A stretch of 64,000 nt of DNA from Geosiphon pyriformis uo1 (GCA_016748015.1 JAAOMT010000085.1:104967-168966), one strand, 5' to 3'; positions 25,200-39,500 are shown, counted from the stretch's first letter. Notes: generated by a model not told the origin, from the letters alone. Program-made: numbers and translations.

Positions 25200-27860
25200 T
25201 AAATTAGTTTTAATTTTTAATGATAGTATTTTATGTGCTTTTATAAGATTTAATTATTATTTTTTATAAAATTTATATTAAAATTGGTTTTTATTTAAAA
25301 ATAAATAATAATAACAATATATTTTTTTTTAATAATTTATTTATTACTATTTTTGTTCTTTTAATACTGAAATAATTTATATAATTATGTATATACTATA
25401 GTTAATAATTATATATATAACTATATGTATTATTTAAAAAATTATTATTATTATTTTTAAAAAAATTTTCGAATTTGTGATTTTTTTCTGAAAACAATAA
25501 AAAACATATTGTTTATAAAAAAAAAGTTATAATTCCAAAATAATTTTATAATTTTTGCCAAAAAATTGTTCATAGAATTGATCTTTAACTTAATAAAAAA
25601 CTATAGTAAGTAATTAAGAAACTAATATAAAATCTGTAAATCCAAAAATCTATAATTAAAAAATTAGCTAAAAATATTATTAGTATTTAAAAAAATTACA
25701 ACCAAACAATCTTATTTTCTGTTTGTATTTGTTTAAAAATTTTTAAGTTATATAAAAAAAATAGTAAATAGTCTTATTTAAAAGTTTTTGGTAGTTTAAA
25801 TTTTGTTTTTGAATCTTTTTTAATTAATATATTTTACTTATTACATATATGCTTAGAAATAAAACTAAATTATTTCTTATAACTAACTATAAATTACAAT
25901 ATTACTAAGATTAAATAAAAGAATTATTTGTCTAAAATAGTTTTTTTCAAAATTATATTAGCAAAAAACTTTAAAATTAAATATGTTTTTATTATATTAA
26001 GTTTAAATAGACTATTTAATAATAATAAAATATCTAAATACTTATAAAACTTATTTTTTTTATTAAGATTAATAAACTGCTAATTAACAAAAAAACACTA
26101 ATTTTTTAATTAATAAAAATTATCATAATTTTATTATTATTTATTAAAATATTATTTAATAAAAAGAATTTATTTATATTATTTAGAATCTATTAAAATA
26201 TAAATTGGCTGTTTTTATTTAAATTATGTTATTAATAAATATATTAACTATAAAAAATAAAATAAAATAAATTTATTCTTTAATTCTGCTAATTTTAATA
26301 ACAAACTTAATATTAATTTAATAATTATATATATATTTTTGTTTCTTAATTTTATATAAAAAAATATTGTAAAAAATTTTAATAAAAAAATTTTATTTTA
26401 ATTTAATCTATTATATATTTATTTATTAAACTAAAATTTGTTATTACTCTGTTAGTTTTATTATTATAAATGCTGTCTAAAAACTTAATAAATTTATTAT
26501 ATATTTTTATTTTGATTAAATTATTTTTTAAATAATATCAATTAACAAAATTATAAGCTTTGTACATATTTTGTAAAATTAATCATAATTTATAATTTTT
26601 TTAAAATGTTTTCTATTACTAAATCAACTATAAAAATCAGAAATTAAATTAAAATATTTTTTAACACAAAAAAATTATTTCTATATAAGACATTAAATTT
26701 GTTATAAGCTAATAAAATCTTATTAAAAAATCTTTGAAAGAATTTTTTAAGCAGTTTTAATTAAGACAATAAATCTAATATTAATTAAAACTCTTTTTTA
26801 TTTATATGATTTGAAAACTATAAATACTTAAGTCTTTTTTTAAAATTAAAAATTTAATTTGTATACTAAATAAAAATTTAAAAACATTTTTAAAATCGAA
26901 TTATTACAATATTTTCAAAGTTTATTAGAGATTTTTAATAATTTTGCAGCTTTTTTATTTGGCAAATTTATGATTATATCTCTTATTTTATCAAATTTAA
27001 TAAAATTTATAACTTTAAAAAAAGCTTTATTAACATAAATTAAAAATAAATATTAATAATACTATAAATCAAAAATTTTGCTTTAAATTTTTTTTTTTAG
27101 TTTAACTTTTTATAATTTTATTTATCTTAAATTTAATTTTCTTAAAATTCAAAACCAGTTTTTTCTAATAACTAAATAATTTAAAATTATTTTCTAAAAA
27201 AAATACTTTAAAATACTTTAATATATTTTTAATAATATAACTTTTGTTAATTTCAAAGTTTTTTATTTATTTATTAATAGCAGCTTTAATTTTTAAATTC
27301 TTAGCTTTTTAAAAATTTTTTATATTGAACAAAATAAATTTTATATTATTAAAACTAATATTTAAATCTAATAAAAACTAAAATTTTAATATATTATTAT
27401 TATTAACAAATGTTTAATAGCTTAACAAATAATTAAGTTTGGTATTTAACTTTATTTTTAATGTTTTATCAATCTTAAAAACCAGTAATTTAAATTTATA
27501 AAACTAAAAAAAAACTTTAATAAATGCACTATTAAATTTTTTATATTAATACTTAATAAATATTTTATTTATTAAAAAACAAACTATTTTTTAAATAATA
27601 TTTTATATTGTATTTATATTTAAAAACTTATTTATAATGATAAATTTATTAGAATACATATTAATATAACAGCTTTGAAATAATTTTACTTAAATTATTA
27701 ATATTTTTGAAATTAAACTTCTAATAGTTTTTGTTAATCTGTTTAAAAAAAAAATCAACTATATATTCAGCAAATTATTTAAAAAAAAAACAGTTTAGTA
27801 ATTAGTATTGAAATAATTATTAATCTCTAAAACATTTTATTTAATTATTATATTAATAAA
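25200..27860 (-). mobile_element. Highly eroded LINE ORF2 remnant (RT region to endonuclease end)
   Basis: Colinear with copy 2: 25640 atccaaaaatctataattaaaa vs 12347 atccagagatctatgattgaac; 26552 tataagctttgtacatat vs 13288 tataggctttatgcatat; ~27790 attagtattgaaata vs 14582 ggtcagtatcaaaata. Confidence 0.7.
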
Positions 27861-27924
27861 ATTAATAAAAATAAAACAATATAAAAAATTTAAAAAAATC
27901 AACTTTTTGTCTCTTTAATTTTAT

Positions 27925-30900
27925 GATCATAATTAGAGCAAAAAGTAAAAAAGCTGTATCTAATATCTAATAAAATTTCAACCAAAGGTGCTCTTTCTGT
28001 TGTAAAAGCAACTAGACAAAACATTTTAGAAGCCTTTTCTTTATCCAGTAATTGTGATAAGCTGTTTTTAGTAGCCACTAAAACAATTTCCTCATCTTTG
28101 GCTGGTTTTTTACCAATCAAAATTCCCTTGAAGAAACACACTTGGATCAGTTTCAGTGTTGTCTCTACTCTAACTAAGAGCCCAAAAGTTTTTAATAATA
28201 GACCAATTAACAAGCTGGTCTTTTTTTCTATAGTTTTTATATCTGGTGCTGCTAACACCTCTTTTTTAAAAAAATGGTCAAAAAAACCAAAAGTTCAGAA
28301 AAGTGGGAGCAGTCACTTGCCTCTGCTATTGTTATACTGAACCTCTTTGTGGTTCCCAATGAGATCTTAAATGAGATCTCCATAATATTATCCAGCATAT
28401 TGTTCAAAATAAGTCTAGATCAACCACTGGCTGTATTGCCAAATATGGTGTCTTCTGATAGATTATCACCAGTTTTAGAAGTAAAACAATTTCCTTCTGT
28501 TGGATCACCTGTTCTTGGGAACTGGGCTGATCAAATGGAAACTAAATCATCTCTTTTTCTAGTTTCTGGTGCTATTTCTGGTGGTACTTAAGAAACTATT
28601 ACTAGTCATTAAAGGTTTGCTGGATGGGTGGTCTTCATTCTGGTGCTTGGTACTACTTTTAAGATTAAATTGGCTTATGTTAAGGCTGTTTTTCAGTCAG
28701 TACATGGTTTTTTGGGTGCAAAGTCAGTATCAAAAAACAATGTGAAGCTGTTTTGTGTGGAGTTTGCTTCTCAAATGTCTTTGGATACTGTATTCTTGGT
28801 TGAGCTTACAAGCTCTATACATTTGGCCACCCTCAAAATTGCCAAGTCTTTGGTAATTTCTGAGTCTGGTTTCCCTTCTACTGCTGTTGCACTGCATTGT
28901 TACTGGAGATTTTTGGTCTTTTTTCTTGAATGTTGTAAATGTCTGTTGGTTGCAAATTCATGTTTTCTAGATGTAGTTGAACCTCCAGTAACTGAATTTA
29001 TCTTCAAATTATCTCCTATAATTTGAACTGCTGGGCTTATAAGTGGAATAACCAATTCTATGCCAGTTATTTTGTATAGTTACATTGTAGTAAACATCAA
29101 CTCTTTTTCAAGAATTGCTTGTCTGGAAGCTCATTAAAATGTGTAGTTACTTTGTTGTGAAAGTCAACTCTTCTATAAGAATCTTATCTGTAGGCTACCC
29201 TAATGATTATAAAAAAAAAATAAAAGAAAATAAAAGAAATGTAAAAGAAATAGAATTCTGTCAAGAAAAACGTTTTCTATCCAGGCCTGGAGTTACTAAT
29301 AGTTTACTAAAATTGGTAGCTAATTAATTTCAAAATGTTAGTTGGGTTTTGAAAATTTTTTAAATGCAATAATTAAAAAATTTGGTTTTTCAAATTATTT
29401 GATATTTTTTTTTTGTGTGTATAGGAATGGTTCTAAGTGATAAATCTAAAGTAAGATATATTTTCTTGAAGAGAAAAGTTCTTCTTTTATACAATTTGTT
29501 ATAGTACTAGTCTATGAACTTGCACTTTTTCTTTTTGCTCAAATTTCAGCAAACTAAAGATATATTTTGATGAACTACAAGTTATTTCACTGAACTATTG
29601 ATTAATTTGAGTAAACTATTTATAATTTTGGTGAATTTTTATAAATTTTGGCAAATTTCATATAAATTTTGGCAAATTTCTGTAAATTTCGGCAAATTTT
29701 AGAATGTTACAAAGTTCAGAGTATTGTGTAATTTGATCATTTTACTTTTTGTTATACTAATTGGATTATTAATTAAATCGTGATATGTGATAAATTGATT
29801 AAATAATAAGTGATAATTTGAATTGATATTAATATATTAATTAATAATAGGAATTATAAAGATAATTTTATGCTAATTAATAGCTAAAATTCTACTGGTA
29901 ACAGCATGATGTGCCCTTGGGTGTGTCTGCTGCTGACATTAAGACAGCTTTCAGTGTGTTTGGTAATATTACTCATGTTGTGCTGAAGTTTGCTGGCGTT
30001 TGGCAATATGTGGTGGTTTATTTTAAAAAGTTGGACTCTGCTGTGTTTGCTTTGAATCATTGATCAGTCTTGGTGGACAAGAATAGTGTTAGAATCCTTC
30101 CTTTGGTAAATCAAAATGAGACTATTTTGTCTCATAATAAGTTTAAAACCAAGTTGGTCAATCTTTCTTCTGAATGCACAGCTTTTGAAATCAGTGATAT
30201 GATTTCTCAAGTTGGTTGTCAGACATGTTTTATCCCTTATTCTCTTGAGTTTGGTTGTTGTTTCCAGTTTGCTTTGGTCACATTTGGTTCCCAAGCTGAT
30301 TTGGACTCTGTTGTTGTCAAAACTAGTACATTGAGAAAATGTCATATTTAATAAAAAACTCCTGGTTGTCGGTGTTGTTTCAAGTGTCAAGAACTGGGCT
30401 ATCTGGCTGCAGACTGTAAGGTTTCTTTATCTTCTTCTCCCAAGTTTCCCAAGGTGTTCACACCACATTTTGTTGGTCTTAAGTTTTATGCCAAGGCTTC
30501 TGCTCCTTTAGACTTTTCTGGATTTCCACCTTTGTTATCTCTTGTTTCTTCTCCAGTTGTTGTTGGTGATCCTTTAGTGCTATTCCAACTGTCTTCTTTG
30601 GAATCTGATTTGACTAAGCTTTCTGTTTTGGTTAAGTCTATTGTTAAGTCTATTGGCTTTCTGGTTACAATTTTTGAACAGTTTATTAATAGTGATTTGG
30701 TTTTAAGTAGTGTTCTTGGTCTTAGGATCAATGAAGTTTTGGTGCATATGGGTTTTTTTAGTAGAACTGTTAGTAAGTTGGGGAGAAAAGTGGTTTCTTT
30801 AAAAAAAGAATGCTGTATAAAGGACATTGATATGTCTGATAATTTAGAGCTTCCACCTGTTGTGAATGATGAAGTGTTTTCCAATTTAATGTCTCTTTGG

Positions 30901-31177
30901 GAGCATAAGTCTGTTGATGTTAAAACTAATCCCTTTAAAACTGCTGAGTGGCTAATTGGTTTGGTTTCTTGCAGTGCAACTTTGTTTTCTGTTATTCAAA
31001 AAATGTCATCTTTGGATAAGTTTTCTTCTGTAGTATTAGCATAGTGTGTTCTTGACTGGTTTAAGTGGCTAATTACATGTAGAAAATGTATGATTAGCAC
31101 TTAGTTTAAATCGATTCTTCGATGTATTGTTCTAAGTAGCTTTTGGGTCTTACTTGTTAAACTTTAATAAAAAAAAA
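27925..31177 (+). mobile_element. ORF1-only non-autonomous retroelement (half-LINE), copy B, interrupted by a 1006-bp insert
   Basis: Single ORF remnant (~700 codons) with RRM-like LHDVPLGVSAADIKTAFSVFG..(W)SVLVDKNSV and knuckle CFKCQELG(Y)LAADC. Stop at 31044, then the LINE 3' tail and poly(A) 31169-31177. Confidence 0.9.
28898..29903. mobile_element. 1006-bp insert (solo LTR or short TIR element) with 4-bp TSD GCAT
   Basis: GCAT|TGTTAC...GTAACA|GCAT. Removing it restores AVALHDVPLG, matching the uninterrupted copy A. Confidence 0.92.
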
Positions 31178-32254
31178 TTAAAAAATAAAACACATAATCA
31201 ATCATTTTTTTAGTATTTTAAAAGTTTTTTTACATGAATGATTTGATAATTAGACTCTTTAACAAAGAATTAATTAAATTTAAGTTAATTTATTTTTTAG
31301 AATTAGCAGAATTTTGAGAACTATTCTTATTAAAGTTTTTATTCAAGATCACAAAAAAAGATTTATTAATAGTTTTAGTAATTAAAAAGTTGATCTTTTT
31401 AGCTTAAAGTAAATATATTGCCAAAACAGTATTAGCATATAATCTTAAAATTAAAACAGAAAACTTGTTCTTAAAAAGCAACTTAACAAACAAAAATTGA
31501 TCAATAACACAACTTGTTAAAATACACATTTTTTATTCATTTATCCAACTTATTGTTTTACATAGTCAGGTAATTGATAAAAATTACATTAAACATATGA
31601 TTATTACTTTTTCGCCCAATCAAAATTATTATGTATCACGTTTTTTAATAACCAATCAAATAAAATTCTGCAATTTCCGGCCCTAGCCGGACTAATTTTC
31701 CGAGATAATTCCTAGAACAGGGTGTTCCATTTAGATTCATCCATAAAAGAATATTCTCACTTAACTAAAAATAATCAAGGGGTGTACAATTCTGAAATAT
31801 CCGTACTGCAAGAACCAAGAAAATTTTTACTTTAGTAAAATAAATTCAATGAACAAAGATTAGTATATAAATTATTTGTCATTATGGGTGATATTATTAC
31901 GTTTCACGACTGAATGTCATAGTGATTTTAACTCTCTTACAGAGTCCACAGATGTGCTGACAAATTTACATCGAATAATACTTTTAATTTAGATTATCGC
32001 TTCTGTACAAAGTGCAAAAGTAAAAAAGATTTACAAAAATTTTGTGGAATCCTTCTACCTTACGTATATTGAAAATCTAACTAACCCACCCTCTGTTCTC
32101 GCCTATTTTCATCATTTGTGATTGTTCAGATTAAAAAACATCTTGGTTTTCTGTTAAAAATTTGGTGATGCGAATCGATAAATAATATAAATTTCAAATA
32201 ACTGAAAAGCCAAACCTGTCAGAATCCAGACAAGACCTACTCTATCCCCTCCCA

Positions 32255-33871
32255 TTAATAACCTTTTCTTTTGAATGCGCTCGGTAATACGCCGACCAAA
32301 CGTTTCCTTCCCTCGCCACTCCCATGTACCCCGCCACCAACTAAAGCTTCCACCACACCCCAAATCGATAGCACAAATCCCAGGAAAAAAACGACCAACA
32401 TGAATGCCACTGGTACGAAATCTTTGAAAACTTGGGACACCTCCCCATTTGGTTGATCAAAAGCGCTGCCCACCAGGTCAGATATAACGAAACCCATCAA
32501 AAGTAAACTATAAAATGTCATAACAAGGCCTTCACGTACTCGGCTTGTTCCCAATCGCCACCACTTTGCACCATAATTCACCTCATGAAATTCCGAAACA
32601 TCTACACGTTTTTTTTCTTTGAAAAATAACGAGAATAACATCAGAGGTGAATAGTACAGAACAGTAAAGGTGGAATCATAATCCTTGTTTCGAATATCCA
32701 CATAAGTCCATACAGTGACAAAGAAAATATAAAGGAGGAGAAATCCCAATGGTATGATCACCAAAAAAATTGAATTTAGTAAACTTGACTTTCCATCATC
32801 AACTACATTGTTTAATTTGTTGTCTTTGGTAAAGTTTGATGTAGAGCTATGATGAATGAGTTTATAACCAGCGTAAATCAGATTGAAAAGGACAAGAGTT
32901 GAGAACCAAGAAACACGTGACATTATTTGATTCCTTGAAATGACTGGTCCGTATGGGGGTGAAAGATAGGCGTAATTTGACGAAAATGTTAATCCACCAG
33001 CTGCAGTTCCGGGACCACTAGAGACCAGCGTTAAAGGTAACAAATCACTTGAAGCACGATGTTCAGTATCTTTTGAGCGACGTGGACCATGCAAATCAAC
33101 TTCTCGTTTTGTTGATTGTTCAAAAGATCCATGTGGTGTAGAATCTAGGAATATGAGGGAAATAATGTTCTATTAATATCGGGATTAAATAGAAACAGAA
33201 AATCAAAAGGAAAAATTCCAATTTAATATTCTACTCAAACCAATAATTTAAAATTAAAAATCACCATTAGAGTTTGGACCGGCCTGCATTAAACCTTTCT
33301 CCAAATTGTTCGTGGATGTCGAAATATTTCCAGTACCTCCGCCACCTCCCCCCCCTAATAAGTTCAAAGGTCTTAACCCATGGCCATCCATTCGTTGTGG
33401 GACTTCGCTCAAGTTAGGATTTGTATCATAATGCGTATGTGGATTAGTTATCAAGTGTGTTGGCGGCGGGTCATAAACTTCCTCTTCGCTTTCTCCGTCT
33501 TCTTCGAATAATAACTCTTCGTCAATACTTTGTCTTGTTTGCACAGACTCTTCCAACAAAGACAAATCTGAGCTTCGTCTCTGATGTTCTAAAGGTGGTG
33601 GCATTGTGGAAGAACGTATTGGTCGCACTGGTGCAGGAAGTTGCCCGTGGGACATGACTATTAAATTACTCGAGTTTTCACTAATGTGACTAGGAATTGA
33701 GGTAATAATAGGCGTCGCAAGGGATGGAGTAGCAGCGAATATATTTTCGTTTATTGGACCACCACGAAAACGTTCAGAACTTTCAGAGTCACTATCTGAC
33801 GATGCGTCAAAATTATAAATCGGAATAGTATGAAAAGACTCGCTTGGGGCGTCGTCTCCGGTTACATCCAT
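32255..33871 (-). CDS. Hypothetical membrane protein, ~498 aa, 2 exons
   Basis: Exons 33871-33265 and 33144-32255 joined by a GT..AG phase-1 intron that keeps frame. Ser/Pro/acidic disordered N-half, ~4-5 hydrophobic helices in the C-half. CpG-retaining, normal base composition. Confidence 0.8.
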
Positions 33872-35947
33872 ATTTTAGCTAGGACCCTTTTGAAGTGAAA
33901 AAAACTAGTAAACGAGTACTGTGTATCTGGGGGTGTGTCAAACTTTCAGAAAGAGGAAACAACGGGAACAAGTTTAGAGTCAAGAAACTCGCATAAAAAG
34001 GTATAGCTTGGCAAGTTTTGGGGAAGGCAGTGAAAAAACAAGATACAGATGCTGACAAGTTGTTAACCAGACCCGACAATGGTTACGACCAGGACAAAAA
34101 AGAAAAATTGACAAGTAACCCTTATTGAAAAAAGAAAAGGAATAATAATATATTGGGATATACATTACTGTGGAGTAAAGTAAAATAGTATTTCTTTTGG
34201 TGGTTGTAAGAAGGCTTTTACCAGCAAGGCTGAAGAAGAGCAGAATACCGAAAGAGTCGGAAGTTGAAAAGCCTCACGATTTTATTCCATTCGATAAGAA
34301 AAATGGCCCAAAAAGGGCGAGAACTTGGAACCCTGCCCTCTGTAGGGAGGGAAAGAATTTTAAGATCACTAGAATCGTAAACATTTGAAAGTTTACCCCA
34401 TTCTAAAGATTTTGCCATTTTAATATCACTGATAATTCTTCTCCCAAAGTTGCCTTTGGAGTTACCTATTTTCTCGATTCCAAAATTTGCTTTCAAAGAT
34501 TAATAATTTTCTATTATTATCAGAATCTTAATCAGCAAGGCTTAAGAAAATTGGCTTAGTTTAATTTTCAAGCAGCTGGTGAGGTTATCGTCTCAAGTAA
34601 AATGCCCAAAACGAAGTTTAAAAAATTCTTGATCAAGTACAAGAGTATAAAGCGTTCTATAAATCATAACCAGCAAAGTTGCTTGAAAACTTTCTTGCTC
34701 GTTTAATATGACATGTTCTCATTCTTGTTCTTCCTTGCAAAAACTTCGCCTTACCAAATTTCAAAAGGGGCAAAGCCATCAAAGAAATTAACTTCGAATT
34801 ATATCATTGCGTGAATAGTCTTAGGAAAAACGATGTAACTTCACGAATGATGGTTTTAAAAACCTTCATTCTTGATTATAAAAAGAATGAATTAGAGATT
34901 GAAAAGAACAAGGAGAATTTTTACGATGGAAAAAAGTGGAGATTTAGCCACAAGATTCATACATAGATATATTCTAGTTTTTTGATATTTGTTAAAATTA
35001 AGGAAATTTGATTCAGAAAAAAGAGGGTTCCATTTTCTAGAGCTCGTAGAAAAGTGGACGAAAAATATTGTTATTAAAAAAGACCCTTCGGGAACCTGGC
35101 ATCACTCCCAACTTACAAAAGTGCAATCTTTATGTCGCCTCCCTTTCATATTCAAACCCTCGATTGTTTCAAAGGCTTCACCTCCTTTTAGTAACAATGA
35201 GATTGATTTAATATTGGACTCGTAGTATAATTTCCGCTACCTTACCACACAGTCTTTTTCGATTTAGGGAACCAAGAGAAGAACCCTATCTAAATTACTT
35301 TTCCTATGCTCTTCCTACAAAACAATGGATATCAACGAATTTCTCACAGCCACTACGTACCCAGTGGGGCTTGGTGTGTCTAATGCATCAACCGATTGTT
35401 TCATTCACTAATTTTCTCGTTTTAGAATTTTCAGAAGATGTATTCTAATTCTCGTCCAAGTTGAATGATTGAGTATCTTACTTTAATCAAATGTTCTTTA
35501 TATTTAGTAGTGACCACACTCAAGCCATATAATGATATTGTAAACCACAAGTTTGTATTCCAAGATGAATAGCACATTTAGCGTGCCCGTTATGGCAATG
35601 GAACACCATTCAAGTCACAAAGCATCAATTCTTAAAATATGTTATATTAAAAAAATAAAATGTAAAATAATTTTAAAAATTTTAATATTGTAACTTTTAT
35701 AAAAATTAAATATTAATATTAAGATAATTTTATTTATTAAAAATAATAACTTCTTTTAAAAATAACATTTCTTAATTAAAATTAAAAATATTTTAATTAA
35801 TATTTTATATTTACAATACATATTTACAATTATATAATTTTTAATTAAAATTATGTTACAATTAAATAAAAATTTTTTTTTCTATTATTATAATTACAAT
35901 TAAAACAAAGTTATAAACACTATAGTGTTTAAAATTACTAATAGTAT

Positions 35948-36565
35948 TGTTATGATTAAAACTCATAGTTTTTATTAATTATTACATATATTAATCTGAT
36001 CATTAACCTAGTTATTGATCTGGTTGTTGACTATTTTTAATAATTATATAAACAATAAGTTCTTTAGCTATAATAATATTAATAATTAATAATTGAATAT
36101 AAGAAATAAAAGAAATAAAATAACAACTATTATTTTAATATTTCTTATATTATTTATTTTCTTTTTTCTACTTTTAAGTATCTGAACATCTTGAGATAAA
36201 AATTACTTGTTGGCATTTTTTTATCTAATTCATGTAATTGTAATATTTGAAAATTATTGAATAAAATATGATTAAAAAGCATATCTAATATCTGATATTG
36301 AATTCTAAGAGCACCAACATAAGACATAGAATTATAGCAGTGTGTTATTATTTATTAACAATACAAACTATTCCTCTACTTTCAAATTTTTTGATTATTT
36401 TTTGAAAAAAATAGCAACTAAGATATTTTATAAGACTAATCTTACATATTAAATCTATATTTATTTAATTTATTTCTTAAAATTGAATTTTTTTTTATCT
36501 ATTCTATTACTATACAATTTTGTTTTTTCTTGTTATTTGTTAGCTTATTATTTCAATCTGTAACA
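35948..36565 (+). repeat. 5' LTR of the Gypsy element
   Basis: TGTTATGATT...AATCTGTAACA; direct repeat of 42735-43385; ~15-bp imperfect inverted termini. Confidence 0.9.
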
Positions 36566-36571
36566 TAAAAA

Positions 36572-36587
36572 TGGTGTTTTTTGTGAG
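36572..36587 (+). promoter_or_regulatory. Putative primer-binding site (tRNA not identified)
   Basis: TGGTGTTTTTTGTGAG starts a few nt after the 5' LTR; TGG is complementary to tRNA CCA. The rest is probably C>T eroded. Confidence 0.55.
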
Positions 36588-39500
36588 ATTGTCAAAATTT
36601 ATTTTGTTCTTTATTGTATGAGTAATTATTTATACTTGTTATAACAATTAAAAAAATACTTTGTAGTACACAACAGAAATAACTTAGATTTTATTAAACT
36701 CAATTTTCTGCTCTTTTGTTTGATCTGTTTTTCTGTTAAAAAACAATCCAGTTAACAATTCCAAAATTTTTGGAACTGGTTTCTAAATGAATATTTAGCT
36801 AAAATCTATACTGTTTACACAATTTATTTCTTTAATTAAACTTATTTTAAAGAAGTTTTTGAAAAAAAAACAACAATATTAATTAGCTTTTATACTCAAC
36901 AACTTTTATTTTTAATTTTTTCTTAAGTAAATCAAACTTTTTTATTCAAATAACTACTCTTAAATTAATAGCTATTAATTTCATACAAGCAAACATTCTA
37001 ACCATTTTCCAAAGTATACAAACTGCTTTAGGGAAAAAATAACAACATCTTACTATTTTTATTCAAAAGTAATGCATAAAATTTAATTAAATAGTTGTAT
37101 AATTTTGAAAAAGCTGCTATTGTCAATTAATATAATGAAAAATACAAATTTCAAATCATTGGTGGCTATTTTTAAGACTTTTTTATTTGGTTCTCACAAA
37201 AAACTAATATTGGTGTCTTCCAAAGGATTATTAAATAGATATCAACAAATACTAAAAAAAAAATATTTCTTTTATTATTTGGTTTAAAAACAAATTTAGA
37301 ACTTTCATCTTGATTTCTAAATAGTATATGGAATTAGAAAAAAAAACTCAAGACTTTAGTAAAGTTGTAACTAAATATGCCAAAACAATAAGAAAATTAA
37401 TTAAATAAATAAATTCTGAAAAAAACTGAACAGAAAAACAAAAGATTTATTTCTTTATAAAAAATTAAGAACTAATCTTTTATATGCTCTTTGGTCTTTT
37501 TTGGCTCTAAAAAACAATTCTACAATAAACATGGCTATCAAACTTGCCCAAAAAATTGAAGACAACTAAAAAATGCATTTAAAATTTACTCTTCCAGTTT
37601 TTGCTTTTGCTCTTATTCTGGTTTCTGTTTTTTAAATGGCTACTACTTTTTTTGCTGCCCAAACTTAAGATTCAAATAAACAATTAATAGATAAACTTAT
37701 AACCAATTTTGTCTAATTACTAAAGTTCTTAATTCAAGCAATTAAAAAGAATTAACAATCTCAAAAACCTAAATTTAAATCTTGTTTTAATTAATCTCAA
37801 CAATTTTTTTATCAAAGACAATAAAATTATGACCTACCTATATGTTATCACTGTGGATTAACTGAATATTTTTCAAAAGATTGCAATAATTTTTCTTTGT
37901 CTTCTTCAGTTTTTAAAAACAATGATAATTAAAACAACAGATCTATTAACAATAATGCTCTTAATCAAAAACTTAATTATGCCAACATTAATTTCTTTAA
38001 AAAAGATCTTTTAATTGAAGCCACTGTTTATTAGTTTTTAAACTGGTAAGTGCATCTCCAAAGAATAAGAGTACAAGCCAATTAGAAAAAAATAATGATA
38101 ACCATAATATAGATAAACTGGCTATTAATTCTTCTGAATTCACAAGAAAAAAGAAAAAAGCCAAAATTGATTTTGTTCCAGATTTTAATAAAGCCTTAAT
38201 TTCTACTGCTAATAACAATAAGCCATCAAAGAATAAAGTTTTTAAAAATTTTTTATAGTTGAAATCTTCAAAGATAATACAAAAATTTAAATCTTATTCT
38301 GTTGTCAAAAATCTCATGAAAACTTTTACATATATTATTTTTAACCAATTAATAATTTATTCACAGTTTAAAAAGATCTTCACAAATATTTAATTCCAAA
38401 AAAAAAACACAAAAGACCAAAAAATGTTCTTGTTAAGTTAAACTTATTGATAATAAAAATGTTATTCCTCTGATTTGCAAAACTTAAGTGATTAGTTACT
38501 TTATTAATCTAATTTTAGATAGTAGATCATCTATTAATATTATAGCCAAATATTTTTTTGAAGCAATTGGAAGAAAAATTGATAAATTTTTTACTCAATT
38601 AATGATTAATATATATGATAACAAAAAAAAGATCTGGATATAGCCAAAGCTGTTTTTGTTTATATTAATAGTATTAGCATTGAAACTGACATAGAAGTTT
38701 TTAAAGCCAAAAAATATATCATTATTGTTAATAATAAATAGCTTAAGAAAGCCAAAGTCTTACTTAATTATAAATTGTGTAAATTAACTATTAGATATAA
38801 TAAGAAACTCATTGTGGTTAAATATTACTATTAGACAATTTTCTCAGTACTCAAACAAAGCCCAGAAGAAAAACAATCAGATAAATCAGATAATGAAAAA
38901 ACTGATAAAAAAAAAATAAAAAACAAAAAAAACTGCTGAATTTACTTATATCATTTTTACTAACAATGACAAATCACTAAATAATATCAAAGCAAACAAA
39001 AAAAGAATCATTGTAAATAACAAAATAATTTGTTAGCTTTATTATAACATATTTAAAAAAACTTTTAACCAGAAGCCTAACAAAAAAGCCAAATATAATT
39101 ATTAATAATATGGCTTTTGTGCCTAATATTAATACAATAAACCATTGTATTTCTCTAGTAATAAATACAAGTTCTGCCTAATCTATTACAAAGATTAGAA
39201 ACTAATTAACTTAATACCAAAAGAAAAGATAAAAAAAATACAAAAATTTTTTAAAAATAAACTGCTTAAGATCTAATTACTAGTTATAAAACAAAAAAAA
39301 CTTTTCTCAGAAGAAAAAATAATAAACATTGAAAATCTGTTGGTTAGAAACAGTTTAGTTATCTTAAAAGAAAGTAATATTCCTAGATATACTTATGTAA
39401 TACAACATATTATTATTATTAAAAAAACTTGTCTCATTTATTTAAAGTCTTATTAATTCAATTAACATAATAATAAATTTATCAAAAAAGAAATAAACTG

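Noticed and set aside
21840-27900. AT-rich DNA as endobacterial, mitochondrial or viral insertion
   Set aside because: No long ORFs, and most of it aligns to eroded copies of retroelements in this window.
29620-29700. Short AAATTTYGGC-like repeats as a CRISPR-like or telomeric array
   Set aside because: Degenerate tandem units with no unique spacers, lying inside a mobile insert.
33879-35225. Short ORFs of 61-92 aa upstream of the orphan gene
   Set aside because: No recognisable motifs, overlapping on both strands, several with non-ATG starts; probably non-coding.
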